From positions 106,116 through 170,115 of the IMG/VR virus record IMGVR_UViG_3300047378_000694: DNA of 64,000 nt; one strand, written 5' to 3'. This document shows positions 58,123-64,000 of this stretch, one piece after another. Under the pieces are notes generated by a model. It searched no databases and was not told the DNA's origin. It saw nothing but the letters and a program-made list of their open reading frames with translations. Source of the DNA: a virus. The stretch's first letter is position 1, and every line of letters begins with the position of its first letter. A program made the translations under genes and the position numbers.

Positions 58123-59840
58123 GTTGGAAAAAGCACTTTACACCAGTTGCAACCAGTATGAATGTTTCGGGTAGTTATTCTCCTTTTAGTTTTTCAAAAG
58201 GAACTGGCGTTGGTCCTGCGGCAGCAAATTATAGTAGTCATCTTCCTGATGTATATGTAGGCTCACCAAATCGTATCGAACGCTATGGCCAATACAATAC
58301 TATGGATAATGACAGTGAAGTTAATGCTGCATTGGATATCCTTGCAGAATTTTGTAGTCAAAAAAACAAAGAGAACGAAACACCGTTCAAAATGAAATTT
58401 AACAAATCGCCAACCAATAGTGAAGTACAAATTATTGGACAGTACTTGAAGCAATGGTGTAAGATTCAAGAGTTTGAAAAGCGTATTTTTAAAATTATCA
58501 GAAATACTTTTAAATACGGTGACCAATTTTTTATTAGAGATCCGGAAACACAAAAATGGTTTCATGTTGATCCTGCTAACATTACAAAAATTATTGTTAA
58601 CGAAAGTGACGGCAAACGTCCAGAACAGTATATTGTAAAAGACCTTAATATTAGCTTTGAATCGCTAAGTGCAACTAAATTAAATACCAACCAGGCATAT
58701 GGTCCACAGGGCGGCGCTGGTTATCAAACACTTGACCAAAAATTTATGACAGGCAGAACACCCGACGGTAGTAGCAGCAGATGGAGTACTGAAAGTAACG
58801 AAACTGCTATTGATGCACAGCACGTAGTTCACCTGAGTATGAGCGAAGGATTAGATCAAAATTTTCCTTTTGGCAATAGTTTACTTGAAAGTATTTTTAA
58901 AGTATACAAACAAAAAGAATTACTCGAAGATGCTATTATTATCTATCGAGTACAACGTGCGCCAGAGCGCAGAGTATTCTACGTTGATGTGGGCAACATG
59001 CCGTCACACCTTGCTATGCAGTTTGTGGAGCGTGTAAAAACGGAAATCCATCAGAGACGAATCCCATCCAAGACCGGAGGCGGACAAACTGTCATAGACA
59101 GCAGCTACAACCCTCTGTCAATCAACGAAGACTACTTCTTTCCTCAAACTGCTGAAGGTAGAGGATCTAAAGTTGAAACACTACCAGGCGGTACTAATTT
59201 AGGTGAAATTGACGATTTAAAATATTTTACCAACAAACTACTTAGAGGTTTAAGAATTCCTTCAAGTTACTTGCCAACTGGCGCAGACGATAGTGCAAGC
59301 CAGTACAATGACGGCAGAGTTGGTACTGCATACATTCAAGAGCTACGCTTTAATAATTACTGTGAACGCTTGCAAAGTATGATTACACAGGTTTTTAACA
59401 ACGAATTTAAATTGTACCTAACCAACAAAGGTATCAATGTTGATGTTGCTATGTTTGACTTAACAATTCAACCTCCGCAAAACTTTGCAAGTTATAGACA
59501 AGCAGAACTTGATAGTAATAGAATTAGTACATTTACACAAATGCAGCAGGTTCCGTTTATTTCTAACCGTTTTGCACTACAACGTTTCCTAGGAATGAGC
59601 AAAGAAGAAGTTGCTGAGAACGAACGTATGTGGCGTGAAGAAAATGATGAATTTTTCTCAGCTGGCCCAACTGATGCCGCAGCACAGCTAAGAGACGCAG
59701 GCATTAGCGGAAGTGACATTTCAGACGATACAGAAGCAGCAATGGGCGATGAACTAGACGACAACGATCCAATTACAGGAGATGCTGGAGATGTAGGTGG
59801 CGCTGGCGGCGGCACTCCAGATACTACACCAGAGGCATAA
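58119..59840 (+). CDS. gp20: Portal protein
   Basis: LLEDAIIIYRVQRAPERRVFYVDVGNMP, EDYFFP...GRGSKVETLPGG.NLGEIDD..YF, ELRF. Confidence 0.95.
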   Translation: MSWKKHFTPVATSMNVSGSYSPFSFSKGTGVGPAAANYSSHLPDVYVGSPNRIERYGQYNTMDNDSEVNAALDILAEFCSQKNKENETPFKMKFNKSPTNSEVQIIGQYLKQWCKIQEFEKRIFKIIRNTFKYGDQFFIRDPETQKWFHVDPANITKIIVNESDGKRPEQYIVKDLNISFESLSATKLNTNQAYGPQGGAGYQTLDQKFMTGRTPDGSSSRWSTESNETAIDAQHVVHLSMSEGLDQNFPFGNSLLESIFKVYKQKELLEDAIIIYRVQRAPERRVFYVDVGNMPSHLAMQFVERVKTEIHQRRIPSKTGGGQTVIDSSYNPLSINEDYFFPQTAEGRGSKVETLPGGTNLGEIDDLKYFTNKLLRGLRIPSSYLPTGADDSASQYNDGRVGTAYIQELRFNNYCERLQSMITQVFNNEFKLYLTNKGINVDVAMFDLTIQPPQNFASYRQAELDSNRISTFTQMQQVPFISNRFALQRFLGMSKEEVAENERMWREENDEFFSAGPTDAAAQLRDAGISGSDISDDTEAAMGDELDDNDPITGDAGDVGGAGGGTPDTTPEA

Positions 59841-59848
59841 ATAATTAC

Positions 59849-60100
59849 ATGATACTAAGAGAGCTATATTATTTTGATAAACAAACAATGGAACCTCAAG
59901 AAGACCAGAGGTATGTTTCTGATGACGATGAAACACCAATTTCAATCGATGATACTCGAAAAACACGATTAACTCTTAAAGACATCAATCGAGCACGTAG
60001 GGCGGACGATGCTCATAGAAAAGAATCTGAAAATGATTTATTATACATTAGGGCAATGTATGGAATAGCTGCTCAAGGCGGTGAAGAAGCTATAGCATAG
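59849..60100 (+). CDS. Small head-module protein
   Basis: DTRKTRLTL..IN..R...MYG; TAAATA 5 nt before the ATG. Confidence 0.65.
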   Translation: MILRELYYFDKQTMEPQEDQRYVSDDDETPISIDDTRKTRLTLKDINRARRADDAHRKESENDLLYIRAMYGIAAQGGEEAIA

Positions 60101-60109
60101 GAGTAAATT

Positions 60110-60871
60110 TTGCCCAAAATTTTTATTCCTGGTGAAACTAAAGCCCAACGGAAAGCTCGAAAGCGTGAAGAGAAAGCAGCTCACAATCAGCGACTTAAAG
60201 TTGCACAAAGAAGTGTACTTCCACCAAAACCAAAACCAGCTCCCGACAGCCCGGGCCCAAATGATCAAATCAAAAGAAGCGACATTGTTTTTGTTTTAGG
60301 CAATGGAACTAGCCGAAAACCAGTCAAATCAGAGGAATTGCGAGCGCACGGAACTATCTATGGCTGTAATGCATTATTTAGAGAGTTTATTCCTGATTAC
60401 TTGATAGCAGTTGATACTAAAATGATTAGAGAGATATCAACTGCTGGGTATCAGCACCATCATCCAGTTTGGACAAATCCTAACAAATACACTAGATCTG
60501 TTGAAAAATTAAACCTTTTTAATCCAAATTTAGGTTGGAGTAGTGGACCAACTGCACTTAACTTTGCAAGCAATCAGTTCCCTAAAGAGGTGTATATTTT
60601 AGGCTTTGATTATCAAGGAATTGGAAGAAAGAACGAATTAGTAAACAATGTGTATGCTGGTACCGAAAACTACAAAAAGCTACATGATAGAGCAACATAC
60701 TTTGGAAACTGGGAAAGACAAACATCTACAGTAATTCAAAAAAATCCTAGAATTAGATATATAAGAGTAGTTGAAGTTGAACCGTACTTTGTACCAAATT
60801 CATTAGAAGGACATGATAATCTTAGACATATTACTGTAGAAAAGTTTAAACAAAAGTTCAAATTATCATAA
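60110..60871 (+). CDS. Rossmann-like sugar/nucleotide transferase-like protein (Maf/DUF115/sialyltransferase-like)
   Basis: VLGNGTSR, YGCNAL.R, PDYLIAVD, WSSGPTA, YILGFD; basic Pro-rich N-terminal arm. Confidence 0.5.
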   Translation: MPKIFIPGETKAQRKARKREEKAAHNQRLKVAQRSVLPPKPKPAPDSPGPNDQIKRSDIVFVLGNGTSRKPVKSEELRAHGTIYGCNALFREFIPDYLIAVDTKMIREISTAGYQHHHPVWTNPNKYTRSVEKLNLFNPNLGWSSGPTALNFASNQFPKEVYILGFDYQGIGRKNELVNNVYAGTENYKKLHDRATYFGNWERQTSTVIQKNPRIRYIRVVEVEPYFVPNSLEGHDNLRHITVEKFKQKFKLS

Positions 60872-60878
60872 AAATTAT

Positions 60879-60904
60879 AAAATGGGCCGTTTTGAGCCCA
60901 TTTT
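60879..60904 (+). terminator. Intrinsic terminator-like hairpin (potentially bidirectional)
   Basis: AAAATGGGC-cgttttga-GCCCATTTT. Confidence 0.6.
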
Positions 60905-60966
60905 CAGCGTATATTTTTCAAAAAGTGTAAATATAATAGACAGCCTTGACAATGAAGGAGAACGAC

Positions 60967-61944
60967 ATGACTGATCAAACAAAATTCGAGGAAATGCTCG
61001 AAAAATTAGTAAACGAGGATCGTGAAGGTGCAGAAGCACTATTCCACGAAATCGTTGTAGAAAAATCAAGAGAGATTTATACAAACATTTTAGACGAAGC
61101 TGACGAGGAAGTTGAAGAAACAACTGACGAAGAAGTAGATGAGTCCGACGACGAAGATCTAGATGAAACAACTGATGAAGAAGTAGACGAAGCTGCTGAT
61201 GAAGAAGTTGAAGAATCAGACGACGAAGACCTAGACGAAATGTTTGGCCTTAACGAACCAGAAATGGAAGCAGAGCCAGATCCAGCAATGGACATGATGG
61301 GCGATATGGAACCAGAAATGGGCGGTGACGAAGAAGGCGACGACGAAGAAGGCGAAGCTGACGGACCAGAAGCTGCAATGGATAACCTAGAAGATGCACT
61401 TGAAGAGCTTAAAGCAGCATTTGCTGATATGATGGGCGACGAAGAGCCAGGTGACGAAGAGCCAGAAGAAGAAGCAATGGCATTCGAAGCTGACGAAGAA
61501 GTAGAAGAAGCTGCTGACGAAGAAGTAGAAGAAGCTGCTGACGAAGAAGTTGAAGAAACAACTGATGAAGAAGTTGAAGAAGCAAGAACAACTCCAAAAT
61601 CAGCATCAGAAACAATGCGTGAATACGTAGAAAAAATTGCAGATCCATCAAACCAAGAAGGCGCAGACAACAAAAAATCAACAGTTGCTGGCAAGAATGA
61701 CATGGGCGGAACAGCATCAAATATGAATCAAGGCCAAGATGGTAATCATCCAGAAGCCGGTGCAGGTTCAACTGTACAAGGTTCAGCACTAAGTGATACA
61801 AGTGCAAAAGAAGATAACGCAGGGAATGTAAACGTTCCAGGCGGTAAGGCTTCAAAATCAATGAAGTCGCAACCTGGCCACGGCGCTGAGAAAAAGGGCA
61901 AGCCAGAGAACGCTGCTAATAAAAAGTCAATGACTGGCAGCTAA
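60967..61944 (+). CDS. Highly acidic prohead core/scaffold protein (start 60967; ORF track gives 60946)
   Basis: GAAGGAG SD; D/E-rich repeats; lies directly before gp21. Confidence 0.7.
   Translation: MTDQTKFEEMLEKLVNEDREGAEALFHEIVVEKSREIYTNILDEADEEVEETTDEEVDESDDEDLDETTDEEVDEAADEEVEESDDEDLDEMFGLNEPEMEAEPDPAMDMMGDMEPEMGGDEEGDDEEGEADGPEAAMDNLEDALEELKAAFADMMGDEEPGDEEPEEEAMAFEADEEVEEAADEEVEEAADEEVEETTDEEVEEARTTPKSASETMREYVEKIADPSNQEGADNKKSTVAGKNDMGGTASNMNQGQDGNHPEAGAGSTVQGSALSDTSAKEDNAGNVNVPGGKASKSMKSQPGHGAEKKGKPENAANKKSMTGS
61486..61581 (+). repeat. 24-bp tandem repeat encoding (A/T)(A/T)DEEVEE x4; related copies at ~61096-61240
   Basis: gctgctgacgaagaagtagaagaa-type units. Confidence 0.85.
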
Positions 61945-61957
61945 GATAGGACTGAAG

Positions 61958-62584
61958 ATGTTAAACTTAACTGAAACATTATCCTTCGACCAAGCTAGAA
62001 TGGTCGTTGAGTCTGCTGATAACGCTTCGGGTGGAAAGGACCTTCATATGAAGGGAATTTTCATTCAAGGTGGTGTTAAAAACGCTAACCAGCGTGTTTA
62101 TCCGGTAGAAGAAATTGGCAGGGCTGTCACCACGCTCAATGAGCAGATAGCTGAAGGATATTCGGTTTGTGGTGAAGTAGATCATCCAGAAGGACTTAAT
62201 ATTAACTTAGACCGAGTGAGTCATCTAATCACAGATATGTGGATGGACGGAGCAAACGGTTTTGGTAAATTAAAAATACTACCAACACCAATGGGAAACC
62301 TAGTTAAAACAATGCTTGAAAGCGGAGTTAAACTAGGAGTTTCATCTAGAGGTAGCGGAGAAGTTGACGGCTCAGGCAATGTCAATGGATTTGAAATAAT
62401 CACCGTGGACGTTGTGGCTCAGCCCAGCGCCCCCGGTGCATATCCTACACCAATTTACGAGCATTTAATGAACGAAAGAGGCGGGTATAAGGCATTTTTA
62501 ACTTCGAAAGAAGTAACAGGCGACCCAAAGGCACAAAAATATATTGCAGAGAGCTTATTAAACATAATAAGCAGGCTCCAATAA
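61958..62584 (+). CDS. gp21: Prohead protease
   Basis: GIFIQG..KNAN.RVYP, GEVDHP, LGVSSRGSG, DVVAQPSAPGAY. Confidence 0.95.
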   Translation: MLNLTETLSFDQARMVVESADNASGGKDLHMKGIFIQGGVKNANQRVYPVEEIGRAVTTLNEQIAEGYSVCGEVDHPEGLNINLDRVSHLITDMWMDGANGFGKLKILPTPMGNLVKTMLESGVKLGVSSRGSGEVDGSGNVNGFEIITVDVVAQPSAPGAYPTPIYEHLMNERGGYKAFLTSKEVTGDPKAQKYIAESLLNIISRLQ

Positions 62585-62595
62585 AGGAGAAATTA

Positions 62596-63684
62596 ATGGA
62601 AGCACTTAAATCCCTATTAGAGAGCGATGCAATTTCAGAAGCAATGAAAACAGAAATTGAAGAAGCATGGAACAAAAAGATCGATGAAAATCGTCTTTCC
62701 GTTACTTCTGAACTTCGTGAAGAGTTTGCAACAAAATATGAGCACGATAAAGGTGTTATGATTGAAGCAATCGATTCTTTGATGACTGAAAAGTTAGCAG
62801 AGGAAATGAAGGAGTTTGCCGAAGACCGTAAACAACTAGCTGAACAAAAAGCTAAGTATGCGGTAGCAATGAAAGAAAATGCAAATCTTATGAGTAGATT
62901 TGTATCGGAAACATTGGTAAAAGAAGTAAACGAATTACACGAAGACCAGAAAGCAATGGCTAATAAGTTCACTGTGCTTGAAGAATTTGTTGTCGAACAA
63001 CTAGCTAAAGAAATTGCAGAGTTTGATGAGGACAAAAAAGATCTTGCTGAAACAAAAGTACGTCTAGTACGTGAAGGCAAAGCTCACTTCGAAAAGGTCC
63101 GTAAAGACTTTATCGAAAGAAGTGCAAATGCAATATCTGAAACTGTTGACCGCGGCTTACGCAGCGAAATCAAACAGTTAAAAGAAGATATTGACTCAGC
63201 ACGTAAAAACGATTTTGGTCGTAAAATATTTGAAGCATTTGCTAACGAATATATGGGTTCACACCTAAATGAAAGATCAGAAACTAAAAAACTACTTAAA
63301 GTTGTAGACACTAAAAATCAACAAGTTGTAGAAGCAAAAGAACTAGCACTAAAAGCTAAAGCAATTGCAGAAGCAAAAGACGCACAAGTAAAGCGTTTAG
63401 TTGAGTCTAATCAGCGTAAAGAAGTATTAAACGAACTTACTGGACCACTTAACACGGCCCAGAAAGAAATCATGGCAGATTTACTGGAATCAGTTCAAAC
63501 AGCTAAACTACGTTCAGCGTTTAACAAGTATCTACCGTCAGTTATTGACAGTAAAGCTCCAGCGAAGCAGAAGGCAACACTTAAAGAAGGCAAAGAAATT
63601 ACAGGCAACAAAACAAACAGTTCTATCGAGTCAAGCGAATCAACACACAATGTAGTTGATATCAAACGCTTGGCCGGATTATAA
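62596..63684 (+). CDS. gp22: Prohead core scaffold protein
   Basis: Coiled-coil protein between gp21 and gp23; FGRKIFEAF; C-terminal IKRLAGL. Confidence 0.8.
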   Translation: MEALKSLLESDAISEAMKTEIEEAWNKKIDENRLSVTSELREEFATKYEHDKGVMIEAIDSLMTEKLAEEMKEFAEDRKQLAEQKAKYAVAMKENANLMSRFVSETLVKEVNELHEDQKAMANKFTVLEEFVVEQLAKEIAEFDEDKKDLAETKVRLVREGKAHFEKVRKDFIERSANAISETVDRGLRSEIKQLKEDIDSARKNDFGRKIFEAFANEYMGSHLNERSETKKLLKVVDTKNQQVVEAKELALKAKAIAEAKDAQVKRLVESNQRKEVLNELTGPLNTAQKEIMADLLESVQTAKLRSAFNKYLPSVIDSKAPAKQKATLKEGKEITGNKTNSSIESSESTHNVVDIKRLAGL

Positions 63685-63694
63685 GGAGATAAAT

Positions 63695-64000
63695 ATGTCA
63701 GAACTACTAACAGGTCGCTGGCAGGAGACAAAAGGTGCCTTAGTCGAAGGCCTTACAGGCAACAAAAAAGCAGTTATGGAAACAACTCTTGAAAATACTC
63801 GCAAGTATTTGTCAGAATCCGCAACTGCAGGTGCAACTTCTGCTGGTAACGTAGCAACCCTAAACCGTGTGATCCTTCCAGTGATCAGACGTGTTATGCC
63901 AACCGTTATCGCTAACGAACTAGTCGGCGTACAGCCAATGACTGGTCCAGTTGGTCAAATTCATACACTACGTGTACGTTATGCTGATGCTTTCAATAGT
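63695..64000 (+). CDS. gp23: Major capsid protein, 5' part (runs off the window end)
   Basis: My translation: MSELLTGRWQETKGALVEGL...ILPVIRRVMPTVIANELVGVQPMTGPVGQIHTLRVRY; AAGGAG SD. Confidence 0.95.
   Translation, partial: MSELLTGRWQETKGALVEGLTGNKKAVMETTLENTRKYLSESATAGATSAGNVATLNRVILPVIRRVMPTVIANELVGVQPMTGPVGQIHTLRVRYADAFNS

Noticed and set aside
61486-61581. CRISPR-like or guide array
   Set aside because: In-frame coding tandem repeat with no unique spacers
61077-61703. 208-aa Ser-rich minus-strand ORF
   Set aside because: Antisense shadow of the GAA/GAC acidic repeats
1-64000. Stop-codon reassignment or tRNA genes
   Set aside because: Core genes are full length under the standard code and TAA, TAG and TGA are all used as stops; no tRNA cloverleaf seen

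Overview
A 64-kb AT-rich segment of a large T4-like (Tevenvirinae-like, probably jumbo) myophage genome. From left to right: (1) a ~14.7-kb enzyme island at 1-14680 with five tandem twitch/SPASM radical-SAM enzymes, an L-arginine amidinotransferase, three SGNH-like 'GCS' paralogues and several glycosyltransferase-like genes, with a perfect sigma70 promoter at its head; (2) a minus-strand tail-fibre/baseplate module including a 4581-aa protein, gp6, gp25, gp5, gp53 and a TIGR02594-type amidase; (3) gp55, gp47 and gp46, then a minimal GIY-YIG nuclease followed immediately by a ~470-nt highly structured non-coding element; (4) a gp26-like chaperone with an apparent -1 programmed frameshift, divergent from the tape-measure gene; (5) the head module (portal gp20, acidic core protein, gp21, gp22 and the start of gp23). 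The best candidates for undescribed biology are the GIY-YIG plus structured RNA/ori element, the radical-SAM/amidinotransferase/glycosyltransferase glycan-tailoring island, and the gp26 frameshift. All annotations come from motif recognition by eye; no database searches were run.
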